DNA of 62,090 bases from Myxococcales bacterium (GCA_012522445.1 JAAYKL010000028.1:1-62090), one strand, 5' to 3'. Counted from the first letter of the stretch, positions 1 through 8,724 are shown. Numbers and translations: made by a program. Notes: generated from the letters alone by a model not told the origin.

Positions 1-67
1 CGATAATCCCCGCGCTCCCGGCGAAAAGTACCCAAATTGCCAACATCGAAATAGTTGTTCGGTTCAT
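1..67 (-). CDS. 5' end (22 codons) of an exported protein gene running out of the window. Signal peptide MNRTTISMLAIWVLFAGSAGII is paralogous to the next gene
   Basis: Reverse complement of 1-67 starts ATG AAC CGA ACA ACT and encodes a hydrophobic signal peptide nearly identical in pattern to MNKTKLSILMILALLAG of the 260-1207 gene. A conserved leader motif lies upstream at 68-125. Confidence 0.35.
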   Translation of the reverse strand, partial: MNRTTISMLAIWVLFAGSAGII

Positions 68-125
68 GCCCGCTCCCCTCCTGTTGAGAACCCACGCGCG
101 TTGCGCTCGTTCAAAGACAATATTG
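68..125 (-). promoter_or_regulatory. Conserved 5' leader/promoter element, copy A (TTTGAACGAGCGCAACGCGCGTGGGTTCTCAACAG on the gene strand)
   Basis: 30 of 35 nt identical to the element at 1208-1262 upstream of the paralogous gene. It contains an imperfect inverted repeat GAACGAnCGC / GCGnnGGTTC. Confidence 0.45.
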
Positions 126-259
126 TAGTCCAAACGGTCGCCAAACGACACCGCAAAGACGGCGGTAACGGCGATTCGGCTGTTGGCACCGCAGGATTAT
201 CGAGCGGAATTAACAAATGAAATGAAGGGAATTACGAGGGGTGATGAAACGTGGAGCGA

Positions 260-1216
260 TTACATGCAGGAGGGGCCGTCGGTGGGGCAGAGTGTCTTGC
301 AACCAGCGGTGCAGTAGATGCACTTGTGGTAAGCATCGAGGATCGCCACAGCGGAGGCGTGGGTTGCTTTGCAAGCGTCGGTGCAGGACTGCCACTCGGG
401 ACCACCGGCCGCGTTACAAGGTTCGAGGCATGCTTCCAGGGCACCGCAGTCTGCGCTGTTGGTGCAGGCATCGGCTTCGGCCTTGCAGTCGTTGGCCATG
501 GCGCAACCCCAGCAAGCTGGGCGGCCGTCGGCCTCATCGCCGTAGCATTTGGTAGATTCTTCGGCGCACGCGCCCACTGTAAACGCGCAGCCCTTGCCAT
601 TGGCGTCGGCCTTGCAGTCCACGGCGCAAGCGTCGCAGTAAATGCACTTCTGATAGGCTTCGAACAGGGGGAGGCCCGCAGCGTTGCTGGCCTTGCAGTT
701 GTTGGAGCAAGTTTGCCATTCGTCGCCGGAGAGACCGTTACAGGTCGAGTTGCAGTCTTCCATAGCGGTGCAAGCGGCGTCGCCTTCGCAAGCGGCGATG
801 TCAGCAGCGCACAGGGTGCTCATGGCGATGCCGTAGCAGCCCGAGCCGTCGCCTTCGGTACCGCCAGCTTCGTGGTCGTAGCACTTGCCAACCAGCGGCG
901 TGACGCCCTGTGTCCCGGTGTTGGTATTGTTGTTGTTGTTGTTGGTATTGTTGTTGTCGTTATTGGTATTGTTATTGTCGTCGTTATTGGTCGGCGGTGG
1001 ATTGATGTTGTTGTTGTTGTTGTTGTTGTCAGTCGGCGGTGGATTGATGTTGTTGTTATTGTCGTTGTTGGTGGTGTTGTTCGTGGTGTTGTTTTTATTT
1101 GGCGGGCGCGAAGAAGAATCATCGTCGTCGCCACAAGCCACCGCAAACACCGCAAGCCCGGCGAGAAGTGCCAAAATCATGAGAATGGAAAGTTTCGTTT
1201 TGTTCATGTCCTGCAT
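260..1216 (-). CDS. Cys-rich secreted lipoprotein with an Asn/Thr-rich linker and two tandem ~95-aa 14-Cys domains. The conserved start is probably the second Met at 1207 (MNKTKLS...)
   Basis: Signal peptide plus lipobox AVFAVAC. Linker is NNTTNNTTNNDNNNN...INPPPT. Two repeats share KCY..E..G..C.G.AM..C.A..AC..A.C...E.C...G.EWQ.C...CKA......AY.KCIYC. Confidence 0.7.
   Translation of the reverse strand: MQDMNKTKLSILMILALLAGLAVFAVACGDDDDSSSRPPNKNNTTNNTTNNDNNNNINPPPTDNNNNNNNINPPPTNNDDNNNTNNDNNNTNNNNNNTNTGTQGVTPLVGKCYDHEAGGTEGDGSGCYGIAMSTLCAADIAACEGDAACTAMEDCNSTCNGLSGDEWQTCSNNCKASNAAGLPLFEAYQKCIYCDACAVDCKADANGKGCAFTVGACAEESTKCYGDEADGRPACWGCAMANDCKAEADACTNSADCGALEACLEPCNAAGGPEWQSCTDACKATHASAVAILDAYHKCIYCTAGCKTLCPTDGPSCM
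885..1100 (-). repeat. Low-complexity codon repeats (AAC/AAT/ACC-rich) encoding the poly-Asn/Thr/Pro linker
   Basis: Runs of gttgttgttgttg and ggcggtggattgatgttgttg on the + strand. Translated NNTTNNTTNNDNNNNINPPPTDNNNNNNNINPPPT. Confidence 0.7.
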
Positions 1217-1262
1217 CCTTTTCTGTTGAGAACCAACGCATTTTGCGTTCGTTCAAATATTA
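1208..1262 (-). promoter_or_regulatory. Conserved 5' leader/promoter element, copy B (TTTGAACGAACGCAAAATGCGTTGGTTCTCAACAG)
   Basis: Aligns with 68-125. It has a 10-bp near-perfect inverted repeat GAACGAACGC/GCGTTGGTTC followed by AAGGA as RBS. Confidence 0.45.
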
Positions 1263-1265
1263 ATC

Positions 1266-2438
1266 TTACGGTGTAATACCGCTTTTGTCGGTATCTGTGT
1301 CTGTGTCGGTGTCGGTGTCAGTGTCAGTACCGGTGTCGGTACCGGTGTCAGTGTCAGTACCGGTGTCGGTACCGGTGTCCGTGTCGGTACCGGTGTCGGT
1401 ACCGGTGGCCGTGTCAGTACCGGTGTCCGTGTCAGTACCGGTGTCGGTACCGATGTCCGTGTCGGTATCGGAGTCTGTGTCTTCAGGTACCCAATCATCA
1501 GCGGGGATCAACTGCAAGTCGGCGATATAAACATCATAGGCCGTCACGGTTTCATCGAATTGCCAACTGATGCGCTTCAGGCGCGCCACATCCAGCTCGG
1601 TTAACGCAGTTGTCGGTCCATACCACGGGCGGTCGAACTCGCTCCACAGCAGCGATACCGTCATCCACTCGTCCGAGAGCGGCGCGCTGCCATTTTCGGC
1701 GTCATTGGGCAAAATGAGCATTTTGTTGAAACTACCCGTTGTCTCGGCAGCGGCACTGGCTGGAACATAATCGCCGCCTTCGCTCACGGGCTGGGTGTTG
1801 GATGCTTCCACGACAAAGCGGACGCGGTTTTTTCCCCTGGCAAAGTTGGTAGAGTCAATGCTGCCGCGGATGCGAAAAGAAATGCCTTTGTAAGCGCTGG
1901 CGTCGTAGCACGCTTCTGCTCCCGAGCCGAGAAAGCCCAACAAGAAGCCGGAAAACGTCGTGTTTTTGGCGTCGAAGAATCGCCCGATGCGTTGCCCGTC
2001 CTCTTCGATGCTCGTCATGGTTGCCCCGTCGGGATACAGCACCCACATGGGGGACTCGCGGCCATCGCGCGCCTCGGGCACAAAGGCCAACAAGCTGTCG
2101 GGGTCGATGCTTTCGGAAGCGGGGTGGCGCACGAAGTCGTCCAGAAGGGGATGTGTGCCCTGGGCCACAATGGTGTTGTCGTCGCAGACCGACGCGCCCG
2201 GCGTCGTTTTCTTGTCATCACCGCTATCGCTCTCTGTGTCGTCGCCATTCCCTTGCTTGTCGCTATCTTTTTTGCCGTCGATATCTTTGTCGCTGTCCTT
2301 GGCGCCGTCGTCTTTTTTGTCGCCTTTTTTGTCGTCGACGGGCGGTGCAGCCTTATCGTCGGAACCGCAAGCCACAAAGCCAAGCGCCCAAAAGGCCATG
2401 ATGGAGAAAAGAAGAAATGCCGCGTGTCGATTTTTCAT
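1266..2438 (-). CDS. Secreted lipoprotein with an Asp/Lys-rich N-terminal linker, a beta-rich domain (possible carbohydrate-binding-like) and a C-terminal TDTGTDTD repeat tail
   Basis: Signal plus lipobox GFVACGS. Linker KKGDKKDDGAKDSDKD is followed by a ~250-aa globular region and a (TDTG)n tail. Confidence 0.65.
   Translation of the reverse strand: MKNRHAAFLLFSIMAFWALGFVACGSDDKAAPPVDDKKGDKKDDGAKDSDKDIDGKKDSDKQGNGDDTESDSGDDKKTTPGASVCDDNTIVAQGTHPLLDDFVRHPASESIDPDSLLAFVPEARDGRESPMWVLYPDGATMTSIEEDGQRIGRFFDAKNTTFSGFLLGFLGSGAEACYDASAYKGISFRIRGSIDSTNFARGKNRVRFVVEASNTQPVSEGGDYVPASAAAETTGSFNKMLILPNDAENGSAPLSDEWMTVSLLWSEFDRPWYGPTTALTELDVARLKRISWQFDETVTAYDVYIADLQLIPADDWVPEDTDSDTDTDIGTDTGTDTDTGTDTATGTDTGTDTDTGTDTGTDTDTGTDTGTDTDTDTDTDTDTDKSGITP
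1285..1490 (-). repeat. Imperfect 12/24-nt tandem repeat (ggtaccggtgtcggtaccggtgtc) encoding (TDTG)n
   Basis: The direct repeat is visible on the + strand at 1300-1480. Confidence 0.75.
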
Positions 2439-2567
2439 TTTGTCATTTCCTTAAATGTTACCTTACCTGTTCCAATACTAACGGAGCGCAACTCTCGTGT
2501 GCAACCGCGAAACAAAAAAGAACATACCTATCATCAAAAAGGAACATCGCCCCGCGCAGTGGCGGTA

Positions 2568-3377
2568 TTAGCGATTGGCAGATGGGCGCTGAAACACAAA
2601 GCGCAACAGGCGCATCAAGGGGTCGTAAAACCGGTCGGCCACGCGCTCCTTCATCGGGATAATCGCGTTGTCGGTAATGCGGATGTTTTCGGGACAGACG
2701 TTGGTGCAGCACTTGGTAATGTTGCAGTATCCGATGCCCGCACGGTGTTTCAGGTCAGGGATGCGGTCTGCGGCATCTAGGGGATGCATCTCCAGCCCGG
2801 CGGTGAACTGAAAAAATCGCGGCCCGTCGAATTCGTCGAATTTTTGGTGGTCGCGCAACACGTGACAAACGTCTTGGCACAAAAAACACTCGATGCACTT
2901 GCGAAACTCCTGAATGCGCTCAACGTCTTCGTGCATCATGCGATGCGTGCCATCCGCGGCTTGCGGCGCAATGGGTTCGAAGGGGCGAATTTTCTCTTTG
3001 ACCTGGTAATTCCAACGCACATCCGCCACCAAGTCCCGCACCGTGGGAAAGGTCCGCATGGGCTCAATCGATATGATTTCATCCGGCGAAAATGAATCCA
3101 TGCGCGTCATGCACAGGAGCCGCGGCATGCCGTTGATTTCAGCGGAACAAGAGCCGCACTTTCCGGCCTTGCAGTTCCAGCGCACCGCCAGGTCATTGGC
3201 CTGCTCGGCCTGAATGCGGTGCACGCAATCCAGCACCACCATGCCCTCGCCCACTTCGGTTTCATAGCGCTCAAACGCGCCCTCTCCCCCCGAAGACGCA
3301 TCGCCTTTGGTGCGCCAGATATCAAAACGCCGTTTGGGCTGTGATTGGTTTGTTTCCGACATCTCGTTCTTCTCCAT
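2568..3377 (-). CDS. sdhB: Succinate dehydrogenase/fumarate reductase iron-sulfur subunit
   Basis: Cysteine clusters match the three SdhB Fe-S ligand motifs: CGSCSAEING...C (2Fe-2S), CIECFLCQDVCHV (4Fe-4S) and CNITKCCTNVCPENI (3Fe-4S). Start placed at MEKNEMSETNQ (3377), 32 nt after the sdhA stop. 3362 is also possible. The ORF-track start at 3491 would overlap sdhA. Confidence 0.85.
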   Translation of the reverse strand: MEKNEMSETNQSQPKRRFDIWRTKGDASSGGEGAFERYETEVGEGMVVLDCVHRIQAEQANDLAVRWNCKAGKCGSCSAEINGMPRLLCMTRMDSFSPDEIISIEPMRTFPTVRDLVADVRWNYQVKEKIRPFEPIAPQAADGTHRMMHEDVERIQEFRKCIECFLCQDVCHVLRDHQKFDEFDGPRFFQFTAGLEMHPLDAADRIPDLKHRAGIGYCNITKCCTNVCPENIRITDNAIIPMKERVADRFYDPLMRLLRFVFQRPSANR

Positions 3378-3408
3378 ATCGCCGTCGCCAAAAAGCGAAA
3401 CAAGCTCT

Positions 3409-5229
3409 TCAGCGGTTGCGTTCAATAATCTCGCGCAGCGCTTCGCGCATCTCCAATACGGGCTCGCGGCGGATCTGCATCGCGCCATCATCGCCCTTGC
3501 GCACCACCAAATTGTACGTCGCGCCCTCGGCTGTTTTTTCGGGGCAGTCTTCGCGAAAATGAGCGCCCCGGCTCTCTTGACGCGCTAAGGCGGACAGCGC
3601 GATGGCCTCGGAGACCGTCAGCATGCAATGCAGATCCAACGCTGTGTGCCAACCGGAGTTGAACTCGCGATGCCCCGCCACCGCGACGTCTGCGTAGCGC
3701 TGTTTGAGTTCCGCGATTTTCGCCACGGCCTCCTCCATCTCGCCTTGGGTGCGCACGATGCCCACCCGATCTTGCATGACATCTTGCAACTCGTGATGCA
3801 GGGAAAACGCGTTCTCGCCACTGGCGCGCGCAAAGGGGCGTTCGATATCGCGCACAATGTCTTCGAGCTGCGCGGCATCGGGTTCTTTGTGTCCGTGTTC
3901 GGTCGCAAACGCCGCCGCATATTCGCCCGCGCGCTTGCCAAACACCAACAGGTCGGAGAGTGAATTGCCGCCGAGGCGATTGGCGCCGTGCAACCCCGCC
4001 GCCACCTCTCCGGCCGCGTACAAGCCGGGCACTGTCGACGATTGCGTCTCGCCGTCCACCGCCACGCCCCCCATCATGTAGTGCGTGGTGGGGCCCACTT
4101 CCATGCGCTCCGCCGTGATGTCTACGCCGGCCAGCTCTTTAAACTGGTGGTACATGCTGGGCAGCTTTTTGCGGATGTGCCCCGGCGCGTTGGCCATATT
4201 TTCGCGGATCCACGCGATGTCCAAATACACGCCGCCGTGGGGGGAGCCGCGCCCCGCCTTGATTTCGCGATTGATGCAGCGCGCCACGTGGTCACGTGTC
4301 AGGAGCTCTGGCGGGCGCAGGGCATCGCGATCGCCACAGACATAGCGCCACCCTTCCTCGGGGGTTGCAGCCACCTGCTGTCGGTAGTTTTCGGGAATGT
4401 CGTCGAACATAAAGCGACGGCCTTCGCTGTTGAGCAAAATGCCGCCCTCCCCGCGCACTCCCTCGGTAACGAGGATGCCGCGCACGCTCGGCGGCCACAC
4501 CATGCCGGTGGGATGGAACTGCACAAACTCCATGTCGCGCAACTCCGCGCCGGCGTGATAGGCCAGCGAATGTCCGTCCCCCGTGCCCTCCCAACTGTTG
4601 CTCGTGATGCGGTAGGACTTGCCGACGCCCCCCGTGGCCAACACCACCGCGCCGGCCTTCCACAGGTGAAAGCGCCCGCGCTCGCGGTCGTAGCCCACGG
4701 CGCCCACCACGCGTTCGCCGCTCTTGAGCAGCGACACCACGGTCATCTCCATGTAGACCTGCATGCCGCAGTGCACGCCGTGGTCTTGCAACGTGCGGAT
4801 GAGCTCCAGCCCCGTTCGATCGCCCACATGGGCCAGGCGGGGATAGCGATGACCGCCGAAGTTGCGCTGCAAAATGCGCCCGTCGCGCGTTCGGTCAAAT
4901 ACGGCGCCCCACGCTTCCAGTTCGCGCACGCGCTCTGGGGACTCCTTGGCGTGCAGCTCGGCCATCACCGGATTGTTGACATATTGCCCGCCGCGCATGG
5001 TGTCGGCGAAATGCACTTCCCAATTGTCGCGGTCATCGACAGTGCCCATGGCCGCCGCCATGCCGCCCTCCGCCATGACCGTGTGGGCTTTTCCGAGCAG
5101 CGATTTGCACACCACGCCCACGCGGGCGCCCCGGTTGGATGCCTCGATGGCCGCGCGCAACCCCGCGCCCCCCGCACCGATCACCAGGACATCGTGCTCG
5201 TAAATTTGAAAGAGATCGTAAACGCTCAC
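3409..5229 (-). CDS. sdhA: Succinate dehydrogenase/fumarate reductase flavoprotein subunit. GTG start at 5229 overlaps the sdhC stop (GTGA)
   Basis: VLVIGAGGAGLRAAIEA Rossmann FAD motif and the full SdhA/FrdA body. RBS GGAGGA lies 6 nt upstream of the GTG. The 762-aa ORF in the track is a read-through extension into sdhC. Confidence 0.9.
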   Translation of the reverse strand: MSVYDLFQIYEHDVLVIGAGGAGLRAAIEASNRGARVGVVCKSLLGKAHTVMAEGGMAAAMGTVDDRDNWEVHFADTMRGGQYVNNPVMAELHAKESPERVRELEAWGAVFDRTRDGRILQRNFGGHRYPRLAHVGDRTGLELIRTLQDHGVHCGMQVYMEMTVVSLLKSGERVVGAVGYDRERGRFHLWKAGAVVLATGGVGKSYRITSNSWEGTGDGHSLAYHAGAELRDMEFVQFHPTGMVWPPSVRGILVTEGVRGEGGILLNSEGRRFMFDDIPENYRQQVAATPEEGWRYVCGDRDALRPPELLTRDHVARCINREIKAGRGSPHGGVYLDIAWIRENMANAPGHIRKKLPSMYHQFKELAGVDITAERMEVGPTTHYMMGGVAVDGETQSSTVPGLYAAGEVAAGLHGANRLGGNSLSDLLVFGKRAGEYAAAFATEHGHKEPDAAQLEDIVRDIERPFARASGENAFSLHHELQDVMQDRVGIVRTQGEMEEAVAKIAELKQRYADVAVAGHREFNSGWHTALDLHCMLTVSEAIALSALARQESRGAHFREDCPEKTAEGATYNLVVRKGDDGAMQIRREPVLEMREALREIIERNR

Positions 5230-6116
5230 AGGATCCTCCAATCGGTCCAGATGCCCATCGCGCACAGCCGGACGTACAGGTCGGCAAAGGCCACCCACAC
5301 CAAGCTCACCCAGGCAAAAAACATGTGGCGCTCGTTGAGCCAGGTAACCAGGCGATAGCGCGCATAGGCGATGCGGTTGCGGCGCAACTGATTGCGTCCG
5401 CCGCCCACCAGGTGTCGCAGGCTGTGGCACCCCAGGGTGTAGGCCGCCAACAACAGCGTGTTGAGATTTAGGACCAGCGTGCCCACCGAAACGCCGAAGC
5501 CCACGGTGCCGTTGGTGTCGCGATAATGGGTCATGGCCACGATGCCCTCCCAGAGAAACAGAAAAACGTAAAAGAGGGCGACGTACAAAAAGTAGCGGTG
5601 AATGTTTTGCAAGATCAGCGGCAGCTTTTGTTCGCCGCGATAATTTTTGCCGCGCAGCGAGGGTTCGCCCACCGCACAGGAGATGGGATCGGCCCAAAAG
5701 GCTTTGTAATAGCTACCGCGGTAGTAGTAGCAGGTGAAGCGAAAACCCGCGGGAAAGGCCAAAATGAGCAGCGCCGGCGAATAGGGAATGAAAGATGGCC
5801 AAGACGCCGGGACCTCGCCAAACCAGGCAAAACCCGACTGGACACCGACGGGGTCGAACAAGACCGGCGAGCAAAACGGGGCCAGAAGCCGCTGAACGCC
5901 GAGCTTATCGATGGGGATGGCTCCGTCGGGTCCGACGGTTCCGACGGTGAAAAAGTACTGGGCCTCAAACGCCGCCCAAGTCGAGTACACGATGAAGGCG
6001 ACAAGGGCCAAAAATACGATCAGGGGGGACAGCCACCACAGATCGGTGCGGCGCGTCTGCAAAAAAGCCCGCACTTGGGAAGGCGCCACGGGGGGGGTGA
6101 GCAACGGTTGATTCAT
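5226..6116 (-). CDS. sdhC: Succinate dehydrogenase cytochrome b membrane anchor (multi-TM, b558-type)
   Basis: Multi-TM hydrophobic protein directly upstream of sdhA in the C-A-B order typical of single-anchor enzymes. Start at MNQPLL (6116) with RBS AGGAGATGG. The upstream Met at 6182 would overlap the HAD gene. Confidence 0.7.
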   Translation of the reverse strand: MNQPLLTPPVAPSQVRAFLQTRRTDLWWLSPLIVFLALVAFIVYSTWAAFEAQYFFTVGTVGPDGAIPIDKLGVQRLLAPFCSPVLFDPVGVQSGFAWFGEVPASWPSFIPYSPALLILAFPAGFRFTCYYYRGSYYKAFWADPISCAVGEPSLRGKNYRGEQKLPLILQNIHRYFLYVALFYVFLFLWEGIVAMTHYRDTNGTVGFGVSVGTLVLNLNTLLLAAYTLGCHSLRHLVGGGRNQLRRNRIAYARYRLVTWLNERHMFFAWVSLVWVAFADLYVRLCAMGIWTDWRIL

Positions 6117-6153
6117 TGAGCCATCTCCTGGTTTTGCAAAACGAGAACGCGCA

Positions 6154-6810
6154 TCAGGGCAATGCGGCAGCGCAGTCCGCAATGTAAGTTGCGAGTTCCT
6201 CTGGGGTGTCGGCGAGAAAGTCGGGGCCTGCGGTTTGCAGTTGGCAGCGCGATTGAAAGCCCCAGGTTACGGCGGCCACGGGAATGCGACAGCGCCGCGA
6301 AGCCTCTACGTCCCGCACCTCATCGCCGACATAGATAATATGGTGGTGTTGCAGGTGTTGTTTTTTTAACACGCGGGACAAAACGCGGTGCTTGCCGAAC
6401 AGGTTGGTGGCGCTGTGCACAAAGTCGAATAGCGCGTCGACGCGGTGGTGCCGCAAGCTCTGCAACACTGTGCGCCGCGTATTGGAAGTGACAATGCCCA
6501 TGCGCAATCCCTGTGCCTTGATACGCTCCAGGAGTGCCGGGATGCCCTCGAACAGGTGCACGGAAGTGATGTCCTTCATCATCTCTGTGCGCCCGCGCGC
6601 CAACACCAACGGCAACATCGGAGCGGGGATCTCGAGACGGCGCATGATTTCGCGCAGCGACAGCGTGCGAAACTGCGACACTTCATGCTCTTCAACCATG
6701 CGAAAACCAAACACCGGCGCCAAGGCGTTGCTGATTTTCAGCGCCAGCCCAAAAGAGTCGACCAGTGTGCCGTCGAAATCAAAAATAATGGTGCAATCTT
6801 TCGCAGTCAT
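6154..6810 (-). CDS. HAD-superfamily hydrolase (phosphoglycolate phosphatase-like, subfamily IA)
   Basis: N-terminal FDFDGTLVDS motif I and the downstream HAD motifs (S/T, K, GDxxxD). Confidence 0.75.
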   Translation of the reverse strand: MTAKDCTIIFDFDGTLVDSFGLALKISNALAPVFGFRMVEEHEVSQFRTLSLREIMRRLEIPAPMLPLVLARGRTEMMKDITSVHLFEGIPALLERIKAQGLRMGIVTSNTRRTVLQSLRHHRVDALFDFVHSATNLFGKHRVLSRVLKKQHLQHHHIIYVGDEVRDVEASRRCRIPVAAVTWGFQSRCQLQTAGPDFLADTPEELATYIADCAAALP

Positions 6811-6987
6811 AATTCAAAATTAGCGATATTTCCGCTCCTCTTCGGCGCCGCGGCCCCAGGCTATTTGTCACAATCAACGCCGCGGTGCAAGTCGGCAAGA
6901 TGGCGTGCAAAAAAAACTTGTGCGAAGCGCGTCTTTGCGCATAATGCGTTTCGTTCTTTGCGCCACTTTGGCGCACGCCTTCTCTTT

Positions 6988-7063
<76 letters not shown>

Positions 7064-7113
7064 AAAGATTCAATCCATTTTTTTCGATGTTCGCGATCTG
7101 TCTCGCGGTGCGC

Positions 7114-8163
7114 TCAGCGGCGACGCGTCAACAGCGCATCGGCCATTTGTGTCATCAAGCGCACCAAGGGCGCGCGCTCGGCAGGCAGGACACCCAGCGC
7201 CTCCACCGCTTGTTGTGAGATCGCAGCAGCCCGCGCTCGCACGTCGCTCAGCGCACCGGAACGACGCACCGTCTGCGAAATTTGTTGGGCCACATCCACT
7301 ACGTCTGCCGTCATCGTCAATTGCGTCAACAACGCCTGCATTTCGGGCGCGCGTTCCGCAGCGAGGATGACGGGCAAGGTCATTTTGCCCTGCGAAATAT
7401 CCGCCAATAAGTCCTTGCCCAAATTTTGCGGCTGGCTATCGAAATCCAATACATCATCGATGAGCTGAAAAGCCGTTCCGAGGTGGCGCCCGAAGGTTCC
7501 CAAGGCCTGGCATGTTTCGGCGTGAGCACCGGCCGACATGGCGCCGACCAATGCCGAAAAATGAAACAGGCTAGAGGTTTTGCCGTTTACGATGGCAAAA
7601 TAATCGGCTTCGGTGGCCTGCATCGAATTGCGCAACCCCAATTGCACAATTTCACCTTCCACCAGCTCGCGCAGCGTGGAGACGAGCAGTTGGAGATACG
7701 CCTTGGGAAAGTCCGCCATGATCTCCAGGCATTTCATGAGGGCGTAGTCGCCGCTGAGGATGGACAGGGCGTTGGTCCAGACTTTGCGCGCCGCGGGCAC
7801 ACCACGGCGCATGTCCCCTTCATCGATGACGTCGTCGTGCAGCAGTGAAGCGCTGTGCAGGAGTTCGCAGACAGTGGCCAACGCCACGGGCAAGGGCGCT
7901 TCAGAGCTCACAGCGCGCGCCGACAAAAGGCACAGTGCGGGGCGGATCCGTTTGCCACCCGCGTCCTGCATGTACGCCAGCACGTCGTCTACGGGAGTCG
8001 GTGCATCAACGGCGGCGCGGTCCAGCATCGCTTCAATGTCGCCAAATCCCGATGCAAAGAGTTGCGCAACCTGCGCCATCACATCGGTGACACTGCTTTC
8101 GATGCCGTTGTCTGCAGCGACGGTTTGTAGTGCTGCGAGGGGCTTCATTAGTTCCTCGCTCAT
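7114..8163 (-). CDS. Polyprenyl diphosphate synthase (trans-isoprenyl diphosphate synthase; long-chain IspB-like or GGPPS-like)
   Basis: First Asp-rich motif LLHDDVIDEGDMRRG and second motif FQLIDDVLDF. Start moved to Met10 (8163) or Met15 (8148) because the track start at 8190 overlaps tRNA-Lys. Confidence 0.8.
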   Translation of the reverse strand: MSEELMKPLAALQTVAADNGIESSVTDVMAQVAQLFASGFGDIEAMLDRAAVDAPTPVDDVLAYMQDAGGKRIRPALCLLSARAVSSEAPLPVALATVCELLHSASLLHDDVIDEGDMRRGVPAARKVWTNALSILSGDYALMKCLEIMADFPKAYLQLLVSTLRELVEGEIVQLGLRNSMQATEADYFAIVNGKTSSLFHFSALVGAMSAGAHAETCQALGTFGRHLGTAFQLIDDVLDFDSQPQNLGKDLLADISQGKMTLPVILAAERAPEMQALLTQLTMTADVVDVAQQISQTVRRSGALSDVRARAAAISQQAVEALGVLPAERAPLVRLMTQMADALLTRRR

Positions 8164-8182
8164 GGTTGGAGTGTGAAACCGG

Positions 8183-8256
8183 TACGCCAAGAAGGGATCG
8201 AGCCTTCGACCTACGGATTAAGAGTCCGCTGCTCTACCTAGCTGAGCTATTGGCGC
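8183..8256 (-). tRNA. tRNA-Lys (anticodon CTT)
   Basis: Reverse complement GCGCCAATAGCTCAGCTAGGTAGAGCAGCGGACTCTTAATCCGTAGGTCGAAGGCTCGATCCCTTCTTGGCGTA. Anticodon loop is CTCTTAA. G1 pairs with U72 as a wobble pair. 3' CCA is not encoded (ACCg). Confidence 0.75.
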
Positions 8257-8273
8257 ACATATTGTCAAAAGAG

Positions 8274-8350
<77 letters not shown>

Positions 8351-8393
8351 CACCAGACACACAAACAGGCGCGCTGAAAGTCAGTTCGCCGAG

Positions 8394-8466
8394 GGTGAGA
8401 AACGGGATTCGAACCCGCAACAACCGGTACCACAAACCGGTGCTCTACCATTGAACTATTCTCACC
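8394..8466 (-). tRNA. tRNA-His (anticodon GTG) with genomically encoded G-1
   Basis: Reverse complement G-GTGAGAATAGTTCAATGGTAGAGCACCGGTTTGTGGTACCGGTTGTTGCGGGTTCGAATCCCGTTTCTCACC. C73 discriminator pairs with G-1. Confidence 0.8.
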
Positions 8467-8724
8467 ACATGGCCTGAGAAGCACGCGTGCTCCTCAAGCG
8501 AGACGGGATTATAGGCACCTTCGCATGCAAGGCAACTTTTTTTTGTCTCCTTTTTTTTGCCCGCCTTTTGGCCATCGCCCTCACCGATACAATTGTGTGC
8601 TAGACGCCGGTGGGCGTCACCAACCTTTTGCGCAAACGGTTTGAAACTCAGAAAAAAGCTGTTAGAGATTTGACCCAAACCCATGTGGGCTGCGCCCGCA
8701 CAAGCCCATTTATTGCGAGCCACC

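Noticed and set aside
3409-5697. 762-aa ORF suggesting an unusually long SdhA with an N-terminal extension
   Set aside because: The first ~156 residues (Arg/Gly/Pro-rich, no motif) are the sdhA frame read through the 3' end of sdhC. A GTG with a GGAGGA RBS at 5229 overlaps the sdhC stop, and the Rossmann FAD motif begins right there.
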